A stretch of DNA of 64,000 nucleotides. Source: Tubiluchus corallicola. Its lineage: Eukaryota; Animalia; Priapulida. The stretch is from assembly GCA_030141605.1 (NCBI GenBank), contig JAQGDQ010000302.1, positions 124,001 through 188,000 on the forward strand, read 5' to 3'. Every line of letters begins with the position of its first letter. Position 1 is the first letter of the stretch. Below are positions 1-51,243 of the stretch, piece by piece. The notes below the pieces were generated by a model that saw only the letters and a list, made by a program, of their open reading frames with translations, searched no databases and was not told the DNA's origin. The translations under genes were made by a program, and so were the position numbers.

Positions 1-290
1 GACCTTGATCGTTTTTGCTACCAATCTTCTCTACTCACTGACCTTGATCAATTAGGAACCAGTTTTCCTAAGTACAGACCTTAATCATTTTAGTACCAGT
101 CTTCTCTATCCACAGACCTTGATTATTTAGGCACCAATTTTTCCTAGTACAGGCCTTGATGGTTTTCGTACCAGTATTCTCTATCCACAGACCTTGATGG
201 TTTTGGTACCAATGTTCTCTACTCACTGACCTTGATCAATTAGGAACCAGTTTTCCTAGTACAGACATTGATCATTTTGGTACACATTTT
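1..290. repeat. degenerate ~37-39 bp tandem repeat, about 7.5 copies (GACCTTGATC...TACCA...CT), runs off the window edge
   Basis: The GACCTTGAT anchor recurs at 1, 40, 77, 115, 152, 190, 228 and 264. Confidence 0.9.
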
Positions 291-418
291 CTCCCCTGTT
301 TCATTGATCCATTTTAGCGACCTGCAGACTAGACTAGTCATTTTAGTGCAGTCTTCCCTCTCACAGACTAATCCTAAGTTAAAAAGCCTTTTTCTAAAAA
401 TGAGTTATTTTTAATCAG

Positions 419-570
419 CTGCAGGTGGGTTGCCAGAGGCTCCTCCTCCGCAAGTTGAATCTCCATATACACGGACCAAATCGTTTGTGCGAAAACAATC
501 TGCATTGCAAGCGAGACGTCTGCAGCGACAGCAGTCTGTTAGTGCAACATCCACTTCAGAAAATGCTCCG
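419..570 (+). CDS. internal exon of an unidentified plus-strand gene (AGGLPEAPPPQVESPYTRTKSFVRKQSALQARRLQRQQSVSATSTSENAP)
   Basis: ttttaatcag| acceptor and CCG|gtaagt donor, open frame, GC-richer than flanks. Phase 0 joins the exon at 1177. Confidence 0.75.
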
Positions 571-1176
571 GTAAGTTCAATGCTGCAGTGCAGTGGGGGT
601 GGGTGGGTGTGGGGTATTCTGCCTTCTAAGTTCAGCACTTAATATTGTTTACTCTTGATAGTTTATACAAAGTCTTCTAAATGGTAGAGAATCTAGTGAA
701 CAAATGTATACGACAAAGAAATGTGTAATGTGTATTTCTGGTTTCGACAAATCTGCATATTAGACATCCTTAAATAATTCAACATTTCTTAGATTATGTA
801 TGAAAGACAACCCATTTTAATAGCGAATAACGAAACAAAATCTCGGGATCTGTGGAGTTAGACAATAAAGTTTGTAGTTAGACAATAAAGACATGGCAGG
901 GTGTACGTAACATTCAGTATGGTAACGTTAGCGAGTAGCTTTGCATTTTTATACCTCTTGAAAATGCATTATCTGTGGCTACTGTAAAATTGCAGTTGGT
1001 TATACTTGTTGGGTTATGGCATGTGAGTCGCCTAGGTAAATGAAAAAGTGTGCTCTAGCTTGTGTGACCAGCTTTAAACAGTAAAACATTCATCGTATGT
1101 ATTGTAGCAATGCATAATTTTATCATTTATGTGGCTAGTCATTTTAATTACCTATGTATGCGATTTGATCTTACAG

Positions 1177-1971
1177 GACTTGAGCATTAACATTCCCACT
1201 ACTCCACAGACCGTTTCTCAAGAGGACACGCGTGATCGGACAACGTCTTTCAGCATCACTAATCTCTTGCAGCCTGAGTATACGAGCATCACGGACAATA
1301 TTGACACTACTTGCTTACTTGCCGTGGCCGGGAGTTCAGAAACTCCCCCGGATAGTCCTAAAAATCAGGACAACTCTGAGGGAGTTGTGACACTTGAACC
1401 CAGCAAAGATGAAGTGTTGCGCGATGCAGAGGAGAGAGATTATAAAATCTTGGAGGGGTTAATTGCCCGGCGACTTCGGAGAGATTCTGAGAATCTCTCC
1501 ATAAGCTTAGACGACATTCACAGTGTTGCAGCAGTGAGTGACATTACTGAGGAGGACGAGACATTGGATGAACATGCTGAAAAGGTCACATTTTTTTCTA
1601 CTAGTCCAGAACAAGCAAAGCTGGTATTAGAAACAGATTCAGAACAGCCTGGGTCTCAACGGACTAGGTTACTGGACACTTTAGAAAAGCAGACAGCACT
1701 TTCAAGAGAAGAAGAGTTAGAGCTTGTAGAAGATCATGAAACAAGTCATCCTGGGATGCAAGCTCAGAGAACTCAGACTGAACAGAGTAATAGAATTTAC
1801 AGTGAGACTTTGCATGATGATGATTCATGCCTGGTGGGTCCATCACAGAGTGCACCTAGTATCCCAACATGCATCGGTGCAGCGGACAGTCGGAGAGCAA
1901 CAGAACCTTGTGTTACATTCCGCTCTTGCTCATTGCATAATGCTAGGTTTAACAAAGAGACATCTTGTTGA
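1177..1971 (+). CDS. terminal coding exon of an unidentified gene; acidic S/T/E-rich, probably disordered C-terminus ending KETSC*
   Basis: cttacag|GAC acceptor inside the 280-aa ORF, in frame with exon 419-570. Stop TGA at 1969-1971, followed by T-rich UTR-like sequence and AATAAA at 3544. Confidence 0.75.
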   Translation, partial: DLSINIPTTPQTVSQEDTRDRTTSFSITNLLQPEYTSITDNIDTTCLLAVAGSSETPPDSPKNQDNSEGVVTLEPSKDEVLRDAEERDYKILEGLIARRLRRDSENLSISLDDIHSVAAVSDITEEDETLDEHAEKVTFFSTSPEQAKLVLETDSEQPGSQRTRLLDTLEKQTALSREEELELVEDHETSHPGMQAQRTQTEQSNRIYSETLHDDDSCLVGPSQSAPSIPTCIGAADSRRATEPCVTFRSCSLHNARFNKETSC

Positions 1972-4900
1972 CAAATTAAGCAGCATTGCTGCTGGCGAGC
2001 AGTAGGATGGGTGATGGTAATCGACAGGTGCTTTTAAGCATAACGAATGCTGCTATCAAGGAAGACTATACAGCCTGTTTGGAAATTTCAGTACAGATTT
2101 TTGTGGAGAGTTGTATTTCAGTTTTGCGATCTGTACAATATGGATTGCTAGTGCTTAATGCTTGAACTAGACTTTAGGCCAGCACACATACAATCATTGC
2201 CTAACAAATGCACTTAAGCATTAATAATTCTTGTCAGTTCTGATTGCCAAAGATAAATTTGTCGTGGAGTGTTTTCGTAATGTTATTGTAGTTGTAGTGC
2301 TTCATTATGGAATTGTTGCAAGGGATTTGAAACTGCTCATTATTCGTGCTTAAACTTGGCCATTGCATGTGTTTCATCATCTATGATGTTAATACCAAAC
2401 TAGTCAGTTGATACGTATAAGGTGACCAAATGGACTCTTGCAGTAGCTAGCACTTCAGATGTCCGAAAAATTCTTCTGTTTAATACTTGTCTTACAATAG
2501 GAGCCTTACAAAAAGCTAAACTGGCTTATTTATCCTTCTATGTAATATTTTGAAAAATGAACCATATTTTGGTGCATCGTTTGACATCGTTTAAAATGGT
2601 ATCACCTGTCAAAAGAATTTGCTCATACAAAGCTAACTGTTCAACTGTTGTGTGATTCATATAACTCATCATTTTGGTGTCTTTGTGATCATCACATGGA
2701 CTTGTATTTTTTTAAGATAAAAATAGGTGTAATTATAAGAAGTGGTATGTACAACATTTTCTGTGATCATGTAAACAATCATTATCCATGTGTTGTAAAA
2801 AAGGACATTGTGTAAACAGTGCATTGATGATTGCGTCAGCATTGATCATACAAACCGTCTGATTTGAGCTATTCCTAAACGAGCTGAAGTGAATGATTGT
2901 TCCTGATAGTGAGCTATGTTCCTGTCCTGTCACAACTATGTGCATTGAGTTAATAGATTTTGTTGCTGAATTGTGGCTTGCACTGATCAAATTGCATCTG
3001 TCTTTCATACAGACACACTTTTGCTCGTTAATTTCTTTTTCGGATCAACCAGAAATGGCATTCATACCAAAACAATAGAAAATTTGCAGCGCCAAACCGG
3101 AATCATTATCCAATGAATTCTTTCTGGTCCGAACTGATTATACAATAATTAATTTATATGCATAAATTTGTTTTAATCCATTAAGGAATTCTACGTTCTT
3201 GATGTCAGATGATTACGATTAGCATATTGGTAGAACCTTCTAATAATCTCAAGCTCTTCTGACTAGTACAACTGTGCCCGAGTTTGTCCTATATGTCATA
3301 GCATTTTTGAGCCATTACTGTAACTGCTGACCACTTCCTGTGTGTATGCATACTTGTTGTAGCAACTGCTTTTTATATTTTCTCATGCCTAGAACTGGTG
3401 CTTAGATAGTTTTTATTATGCATCACAGACTTAGTTTTTAAGCTTATTGTGATAAATGGCAGTGTTCTGATTGCAAAAAACGTAATTGAATCAAAACTGT
3501 TTTAACACGGCATCTAACGGGCCGAGTTACTTTTGTTGTGTAAAATAAAATTTATTGACCAAGATTAGTAGTTTTTCTTTTCAATTTATTTACTTAAAAT
3601 TGATAGTTGGCTGTCTTAGATTACAAGCAACCGACTCTGTAGTCTGTAATTGGCAGTTGCATTCAGAAGTCTGACGTGCTCTCTGAAACGTGCAAACAGA
3701 AAAAAGAGAAACTGCCATATCCGAGTAACTTATATGAAAAATTTATTAAGTTTGAAAAGAATTTATTACATAATACAAATCTAGACACATCATGAGATAC
3801 CGTAAGTGAAACTTGTGGGGAAATAACTAGGACTACATGACTATGACTAGAAGTGACTAGGTGTGACACATGTATACAGTAACAAACTAGTGCATTTTAC
3901 TAGTAAGCACCATCTAACTGCAGTAGTGCATGTATAGTACTTACGGGTACTATGGTTTGGGCATTTAGTTCACTAGCATTAAACTTTTGTTGAGTTATTT
4001 GCACACAGGAATTCAAAATTTACATGTTGCACACGCATAGTCACTGTACAGGAATTTCAAAGAATGTAAAAACAAGTCACTGGAATATAAAAAAAAGAAT
4101 GTCGTCAATTGTCAACAGGAATGTGAATTGGAAAGTTTTTTGCACATTAATCCCTTCAGCACTTAATAAAAAGTTAGCAAACAAAAACATGAAAAAATCA
4201 AGTTCCATAATAAATAATTCAAAGGGGCAACTAATCGCCCGCTATATACACACGTACTGAATAGCCATAAACATATTAAACAGACCATCTTCAATAGAAA
4301 AAATTTAATATATGTGTATACACATATATATATATATATATATATATCATTATTTTAATGCATAATAAATATATTAATAATAACTTATTGAGAATGCTCC
4401 ATAACTCTATTTAACTAATCACCTTCAAACATATCAAAAAAGTGAATGACACCTTCAATGATGTAGATTTTTGTTAGTAAAGCACAGCAAATCAACAAAC
4501 AACAACAAACAAACAAACAAACGCTTCATGCGAATACGCGTACATAAATTATCACACGGGTAAATCGCTGATACGTTTTGCTGCAACATCACAATAGTCA
4601 ACTCTTTACTTGCAATTGATAAGGTATGCATAATTACAATGTGCTAAGATTTTTCACAAACATAATTATTGCTTTCTGTGCGGCACCAGATTAGTTTGAT
4701 TAACAGCCAGACGGATCGGAATATAATATTGTTAACAAGAGGTTTCTCCATTCTTTATTGGGTTATGACTGCTCAAACATTTGACGCTCCATAACAAAGC
4801 ACATTCTCCAAGGAAAAGCACAATTTTCCTTGAAATTTTTGAAATAAACTGAAACTTTTAAATTGAATTCCAAAAACAAGAACAAGAAAAAACAAACATT

Positions 4901-6235
4901 CTCATATATGTTTATGCTGCTATTACGTTTTCTTTTGCAGCCGTTGAACAACAAAGCAGACAGTGCCATCTATTTTCGAAAAAAGTTTTAACTTGAATGT
5001 GAAAAATGCTCATGACAATGATTTGCAAGCAAATAAAGAGGTTTTAGAAACCTGTTTTCTGTACAAAGAGATTCCTGCAGTCCATGTAACTTTATAGACC
5101 TCTTTAAAAACAAAACAAACCCGTAATCACGAAAGATAACAATCTAGTTGTACATTAGTACCAGTTACTTAGTCAAAAATGCCATATCCATATTCAAGAC
5201 CTAAAATGGTGGATTGCTCAGTAAATTTCTGTACTACGTATGGTCAGAAGTAAGGACACGAGGACGTCTTAGTATTAAAAAAATAAAGTACACACACATT
5301 CATGCACATTTGAATGAAAAATACTTAAGACTCTCAAGTCTGTTAGATGAAAATACACCATCTAATAGTACAAGATGTGGCACTAAATGCTAGATATTCC
5401 TTCTCTGTGTTGTAGTGTAGAAAGTGGTTGTATAGTAAACTCTATCTAAACTAGAGCAAACTACTAACAATGCCTACTTACGGTAACGTGTTTAAGCACA
5501 ACTACTATAAGTTAACGAAGGCCCCATGAGGATAATCTACAATAGGATAATAATCCCTATTATTGTATTGCACTCTCATCGTGATTATTACCAAATGTAC
5601 ATATTGCTTCAGATAACAATGTTGCTAATATACAGGCCTACTTCGTTTGTTCTATACTTAGCCTTTGGTTCGTACGGGATAATAAAGAATTAGCGAGACT
5701 AGAAAGCCCTGTTCATCACAAGGTCACCAATACTAAAACGATTTTAAGTTGCATCTTTCTTTCATCATACACAGTAAATACATTAAGAAAAATTACTAAT
5801 GTAATAGTAATAATATCAAATTACAGACAATGTAAAGGTTAAAATTGAAATTGGAATTGCAGTTTTGTTCGATCATATTTGCAAAAAATGCAAGAGACAT
5901 TAACACAAAAATCTCGAATCGTAGAAAGCAAAATGAGTCAACGTTACAACAGTGTAATAAAAAATGAACTTAGCATTTCAGAAAAAAAAGCTGTTCAACA
6001 TTTGTCAATTCATGAAAACAACAAGTAGCTCGATTTTGATACTAGAGGAAGTGTCGCTAATTTTAAATTATTTCAAGTTTTTACACTCTAAGGATGACAC
6101 CTATAAAGCTACAATAAGAGATTCTAGAAGTGTTAATACCAATTCTAGCATATCGTTTATGCACTCAAGTGACTAATCTAACCAAAGGTGGCACCACGTG
6201 CTTCTACGACACGTAGCGTCACCTGACCGTTACTA

Positions 6236-44214
<37,979 letters not shown>

Positions 44215-45130
44215 CTGCAAAAAAGAAAACACAAGCGGATAAATAACTACAATGTCACCTGAAGACGAAGACAATAGGCTGGCTAGAGAGCCTAGAATAA
44301 ATTCTGTGAATAGTATGATTCCTCCACCCCGAGAAGGAGCTACCAGCTCTCGTAAGGTGACATGGCAGGAAAGCAGCAAAATTAATTTGTTAAACATGGC
44401 ATAAGCCTAGGAACATCCAGTACAAATGCAATTCATCGAGCTGAACCATCGAAGAATCATTAGACATCAGTGTCAATTCCAACTATTCTATTCCTACTAT
44501 TCTAATCACTTAATGGAAAGTTTTTTCCACCTTCTTTCCTTACCGTCCATTGGACTTAATAAATACCTAATTCTCTACAGTCAAAGAACCACTACAGTTA
44601 TGAACATAACTATCCACTTATATATTAAACGATTAACTAATTTAATAATTACATATATCATTATAATAATGTACACTGAGTTTTAGAAGTGCTTATATTA
44701 TCTCCAAGCAACAGACTCACTTGCACAAAGTGTAACAGGCAAGACACCTCAAGGGGAAATAAAAAAGAAATCCATTTTAAAATGCTTCAAAAATAAAAAA
44801 TGGACTTGAAAATGTAGAACATTTTATCTTCCATTAGCAGAAATCCCCAAGGGCCCCATGTTCAAGTTCTTCACTGCTTCCTTTTAACAGAAGCTAACAT
44901 CTTCTTCATGCTGAACAAACAAATGATCAGTATTCAGTAGAATCATAAGCCAGTAATAGTAATTCACTGTTGGTTTTATCAGATTTTCAAGAAAACTTCT
45001 TTGAAGTTAATTAAAATACATCAAAATTTAAAAGCTAATTCACAGTTATCATTCACACTTCGCAGACTGCAGCTTGGTTTAATGTTATAGCTGTGCATCT
45101 AGTTGAGTCAGATTAAGAGCGACGTTTCCT

Positions 45131-45642
45131 ATACTAATCTGTTATACGAATGTGGTTATATTAATCTATTAATAATTCGAAATGAGCACCGGATGAGAAA
45201 AAAGCACCATAACAAGCTTAGTTTAACATTTATTCTGCATATTAGCTAGCACTTAACGATATCATTAATTATCTTAAGATTGTGAATTTCATTCATTCAT
45301 TTTTTCATTTATTATCATTTATTTCGACATTCATTACAATACATTATCAATACAAATACAGTCAGTATAATGTATTTCATTACAATATACTAATCTGTTA
45401 TACGAATGTGGTTATATTAATCTATTAATAATTCGAAATGAGCACCGGATGAGAAAAAAGCACCATAACAAGCTTAGTTTAACATTTATTCTGCATATTA
45501 GCTAGCACTTAACGATATCATTAATTATCTTAAGATTGTGAATTTCATTCATTCATTTTTTCATTTATTATCATTTATTTCGACATTCATTACAATACAT
45601 TATCAATACAAATACAGTCAGTATAATGTATTTCATTACAAT
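45131..45642. repeat. 256-bp tandem duplication (2 apparently identical copies)
   Basis: 45131-45386 is repeated at 45387-45642. Confidence 0.95.
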
Positions 45643-47769
45643 AACACATATTAATGTCAAAATCTTCAAAGACTTCTGCCAGAAATAATCTGCCATTCAC
45701 AGTCATAATATATTTAACAAGCTCAGTTTACTTCACCATTTTTATACAAGAAATCAGATTAAAACTTCAGACAGATACGTGTAAAACACAGCAGGTATAA
45801 TCTAAGTAAACCATCAGTAGCTAAAAAAGCCTACTGCTATGTTGTTGGGAAGTTTATGGCAGTCCTTTGTCGACTCTAAACTGAATAAGAAGACGCTGAG
45901 TTCGCTGAATTTACAGAAGGCTTTTAACAACCTCTATCATGGATCAAGAATGACCTGAGGTCAAAGTGGTAAAAATGCAGATGCCCTTGTTATGTCACCA
46001 CCTCACAGCCTTGCTTGTACAATACAGTGTTTTAGTTTCTGTTCTATTATAAATATATAATAGGTAAATGGGATTACTTATTTAGTGTAGATGATTAAAA
46101 GTAAAATCAAGGCAGCTTTCTTCAGCTTGGATAACAGGTAACAGTAAGTACACAATTTTCTTACCAAAGAATAAATAAACCACCTTGCAAGATCTACATT
46201 AACTGATCACTTAACGTACTTTTCAGTACTCTTCAAAATGCTTTTTCTGAGCCCAGACCTTTTTAATCAGGTTCGGATAACATAACGAGTTGTCTTCAAC
46301 AGGATGTTATTTGAAAAAAAAACATTTTTATTGAAAAAATAAACAAGAAAACAATAAAATGATGTAGATTAACTTCAAATCTTTTGGTATTTGAGTGATT
46401 TAAAAAATGATTAGAATTTTCGGTGACATTTCTTATGATGAATTGAAAATTTAGTTTTTTTAAGTGCAAGGAGCGATTTAAAAATGTTATTTTATTTTTA
46501 ATGCAAGATCGTTTGCTTTTGCTGGCATTTGTTTATTAAACTATTATATCTAATTAAGCTTATTTCTAATGTTAGCAAACTTCACAAAATCAACTTTTTT
46601 GTCTAACACGCTGGCAAACCCTGTAAAACTGTCAACTGTTTGAATGCTTAGCTACGTGTATCTTACGGTTTTCTATTGCAACAATTTGACCTTCGAACCA
46701 TACTATAATGTAGCCCCATCTGTCACTTTAAATTAAACAAGTTTGGACACAATTCTGAATACAGATTACAAGTCGGCAAAGGTCGTTGAAAATGAAGGCA
46801 GTGCAAAAACTGAATCAAAACAATTTCTGTTTTACAACTGAAACATGATGAACCATAAAAACTGCTGACAATATCCTTATCTTACATTTTATGAGTTGTA
46901 GCTAGATTTTTCCATTGACCGCCCACTAACCATTAGTGAATATAGTGACTACTGCACATTAATTCTTTAGTTTTCAGCTGTGGCGCTGGAACACCAACCT
47001 ACACTCTTCATTAGTCACTATAAGTTGCCTATCAGTTACACTAAGGTTTGCCTAACTCCCTCTAATTTTTGAAATTGAGAATTTTTGGGAGAGCATTTAA
47101 TATTGAAATTATTGAGCTGTGAAGCGCTGAAGACTAAAGAGTACAGATAAAAAAATAACAATACATAAACTAAGCATTAAAGAAATCAAGAATGGGTTTC
47201 ACCGAGAGTCACATCGTTTATTTGAACACCATGTAGTTTTAGTATAGACTGACCATTTAGTCTAAATTTCTAGCAATGATTTTCTACTAGCAAAGCCAAC
47301 TAACATAAAAAATAGTGTCATAGGACCTTTATTAATTAAAACTGCTATAAAAACTTTGCTTAGTGAAATACGTATTCTGTCTAGATTGAAGATAATAGTG
47401 AAGCAAAAATCTTTGGGCTTGAAAAAACTAAAGGACAAAAATGTCAACTGCTGCAATGTACTGCTATATGATACATGATAATGCTGTTAATAAAAAATTC
47501 TATTCATAAAACTTCTAGAAACAGCTAATAGTGACAAGGCAGACAAGATCTTCCCACTAGTAAAGTTTCGTATTCTATCAGTAATCCCACCGCTGCCACC
47601 ACGCCATTAATTAAAGAATGTACCAGCTCTGTCTCAAACACCAAGACGACAAGAATAAATTTAACAACTTTATTGTAACTCGCAAAGCAACGAGGTTGTA
47701 ACTAGAAAGATGAGCGCAACCCGAAAAACAAAGAAGTTGAAAACAAAAGGGCAACATTGCAAAAGGGAT

Positions 47770-49473
47770 AAAGTTGATAACACTAACAACACGCATGTAT
47801 ACTGGCGCTGTTCCATTACTTGGGATGCATCGACGAACTAGACTATCCCAAGAAGAGAACTGCACTGTGAATCAGAGCTGATCATAAAATAGATGAAACC
47901 TCTAAAATTTTAACGCAGTGACTGAGCTATACAGGAGACATATACCACTCAATAAATTTCGAAACAATAAATAAGTAACAGTTATTCCTCGATGAACATG
48001 CAGTGCTCTCCTAGCCACAGTCACAATTAAACCAAATCATCAAACTTCGTGAGGAAAGTTTAATGACAGCTTGAAAGATTAAAGCAGATTATATTGTGTT
48101 TGTCGACTGTAATAACTTCATTCAAAATAAAGACCTTCAGGTACTTATTGAAGCTAACAAAACTGTTATTACTCCTATGATGGCATCTCTATCTACTTAC
48201 TCTAACTTCTGGTATGAACAGATGTCAAAAGGTTATTACAAGAGAACAAAGGGATACATGCTTACAGGAAGGCGGAGGAAAGCGTATCAGACAACTGAAA
48301 GGATATATTCATCCATACGAATACAGACCAATAGGTATAGCTGAAGTAGGGTGCTTTTTTCCCATTATGAAGTCTAAAACAATTGTGAATAGTGGTACCA
48401 AACAGCCCTCGGTTTTCCAATTCCTGTGGTTCATTCAACCTTCCTCATTGATCTCAAGAAAATGCTTTACTATACTTAGCATTCAATGAAAAGAAATTGG
48501 TTGACTATGATAAACCACGTGATGATATCCTCATGTTTTCCGAATCTGCAAGAGTTGCTGGAATACGGTTGTTCATCTGCAATCATGAAAAGTTTGGTGC
48601 TGTTACATTTCCGCTGTCTGAACCTTACTATATAGATGACATCCAGAAACTATCAAACTTAAAAATAAGTGCCCTGCCTGGAAGATTTTCCCCCAGGATG
48701 GAGCTAGCTGGGAAATGAGGAAAAAAGTTACCTCTGCAATACTAAATTCTTCGTGTCACAGTTTCAAAACTCCACCTCATCAATACAAAAAAGACTTTTG
48801 GTTTTCATAAAGTTTTTGTGATAAATTTGAAATGGCGACCAGAGAAAAAAAGGATGATGGCAATATTTTAAGTCAGAATGGAAGATGAATTCTTCAGTGC
48901 AGTTAATGGAAAAAACTAGCTACAAACTGGCTTGTTGAAAATGGTATCAGACAACTGAAAGGATATATTCATCCATACGAATACAGACCAATAGGTATAG
49001 CTGAAGTAGAGTGTTTTTTCCCATTATGAAGTCTAAAACAATTGTGAATACTGGCACAAAACAGCCCTCAGATTTTTGAAAATTGTTTGTGCACAATTAC
49101 AGCTGCAAACTAACACCTGTTATAAAATAATTGGACTTTATTTACTTGGCAGGACAATACATGAATAATAGTGTTGCCACTTCTGTCGAAGGAAAACAAG
49201 TATTAGAGATGCCTGGATACACATACTGGACACTGGCACATGCTATTACTTTACAAGGTGCAAACAAATTATTGAATGGCAAAGCAGTGAAGAAAACATT
49301 GCCAGCTGATGAGTATATACGAATTATGGTCGAGAAACATACAAATGGAAAATGGAAATCCAAATTCTCTTGCCTTGTGGCTCATCTATAACTAAATTAT
49401 CCACTTTTTTAGGTAAGACCACTATATACGTGACATAAGTGATGCAGAGCTCGTACCTGAAATTCTGCTGTAA
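47770..49473 (+). pseudogene. intronless decayed procollagen galactosyltransferase (COLGALT/GLT25D, GT25 family) pseudogene, antisense to unc-13
   Basis: Collinear peptides YLGCIDELDYPKKRTAL*IRADH, IIKLREESLMTA*KIKADYIVFVDCNNF, YSNFWY..GYYKRT, FPIPVVHSTFLIDL, DDILMFSESARVAGI, GFHKVFVINLKWRPE, YTYWTLAHAITLQGANKLL..LPADEY; many stops (TGG>TGA/TAG, CGA>TGA) and frameshifts. Confidence 0.88.
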
Positions 49474-50849
49474 AGCAGTAGAGTTCATTCAAAATTTTTT
49501 GTACACCTTTTTGACAGATTAATAAACTTAAGCACTCACTTATCATAAACTGTTAGTAAATAAAAAGTTTTGCTGAAAAGATTCAAAGCTGTACTTTACT
49601 ACAAAAGTTGCTAGAATTTACAGTCTAGCAGTAAACTTGTTGCAACAAATGCATCAATATAAAACCAGGAAATTAAAAGACATCTCAGAGTTGTATGTAA
49701 ACTTTCAGTGCACAGAATAAAATTGAACACACTTACTATTGAACACAGTAGAAAGTACTTGATCACTTGATATACACGACACAAGAAGCGTTCTGCAAAC
49801 TCGCGTCAACTATAGTGAGAAATATTTTTACAAGTTGGAAAGTCTTGATACAGTCATCTTGGTTTTGTCTCATTCCCAAAAAAAACTGTGTACCACACCA
49901 ATATGATCTATCCTCAGTGTGTTTGCTGTTCTGTTAAATACAATTCCTATAGCAGAATTATTTGCATTTATCTGTCCTACTTTTCTGTGCCATTATTGTA
50001 ACGAAGCAGTCCATAATGTACATTGCATCAGCGTTTATACCTGTATTTGGTTTTTCAACACCCTATATAGGCCTCTAAATGTTTTTGCTTAATTTCTAAT
50101 TTGTTTATTGTATCTTCCTGTAGTTTCAAAAAAGCACACGGCATTTCATGTAAGTGGAAAACGAATAAAATAGCCTGGCAAAATTTCAGGCAGTATAATT
50201 ATCCAGCAAGTAGCCCAAGTTACCTTGCCTAATGACTAAACAATTTTTGAGTAGTAACTGGCCTTTTGCCTCAAGAGTGAACATTCCAACTAAAATCACC
50301 TACTACCCACCAAAACCAATTTCTGTCCATTACCAAAGCACCCAAAGCTTGATTGTCTAATTCCTTACAGTTTATCAGTTGTGAACCTCTGGTAAGTTTC
50401 TGTTGACTGGCTACACTGCTGTGAAACTCTGAAAACCGGAAAAGAGTGGCAAAAAAACGAGAATTTAAATATCAGGTAATTAGTCCCACCATTAGTCAAA
50501 TTCAAGTAATGTTGAGCTGAAACATCAACAACTTTATTTGGTAAAAGGTATTCAATTTAGTTCACAGAAAAGTTGTTGGAGATGCAACGTCCCATTAAAG
50601 TAAATGACGAATATGCAAAAAGCAGTAACGAGTTGGTATACTCTTACTGCAGTGCGTAATGGTATACACAATGTCTAAAAGTAGATGAGAGTTGCAAAGC
50701 AGGCAGCACCTTTTCACTTGTAATGTTTCCAAAACTTGCACAGTTTATTACGCATAACCATTACAGATTATGCATTATCCGCAACTGCATCGATAAGCTA
50801 TAGAATGCTAAGATGATGACATGATGCGTTGTGTGCAGTTATATGCCAA

Positions 50850-51243
50850 AAATTAACAATTGCTATACAAGAATTGAAAAGCACCGATTGGGACTTCGGT
50901 TTACTTGGTAGGAAAATAGATGAATAATAGTGTTACTACTCAGAGGACTACAGTTTACTACTCAGAGGACTACGGTTATTACAGTGCCTGGGTAATGGGG
51001 ATATACATGTATCTACAGAGCACCGGCATATGCTGTTACTTTACAAAGAAATTATTGAATGGAAAATCACTGGAAAAGATATTACCAGACGAGTATGTAC
51101 CAATTACGTTTGACAAACATTGTAATGAAGAATCAAATGAAAAATTTTTGGAAAGAACTTTACCTACTCTTGCAGCAAAACCTTGGCTGAATTGGCCGAG
51201 TCCCAGAGTAGAAGAAATTTTTGCAACAAAAACAATGAAATGA
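50850..51243 (+). pseudogene. second decayed COLGALT/GT25 C-terminal-domain fragment
   Basis: QELKSTDWDFGLLGRK, KKLLNGKSLEKILPDEYVPITFDKHCNEE..FLERTLPTLAAKP; paralogous to 49131-49391 (shared ATGAATAATAGTGTT and AAATTATTGAATGG). Confidence 0.75.

Noticed and set aside
46165-46202. Possible unc-13 CaM-site exon (NVDLARWFIYSL|gtaag)
   Set aside because: The acceptor is poor, an in-frame stop lies immediately upstream, and it does not match the W..AF.KV CaM-binding consensus.
47860-47925. TGA at two conserved Trp positions, suggesting a TGA=Trp genetic code (organelle or endosymbiont insert)
   Set aside because: The same pseudogene has TAG at a Trp position, TGA at an Arg position, intact TGG codons and frameshifts; ordinary transition-driven decay explains it.
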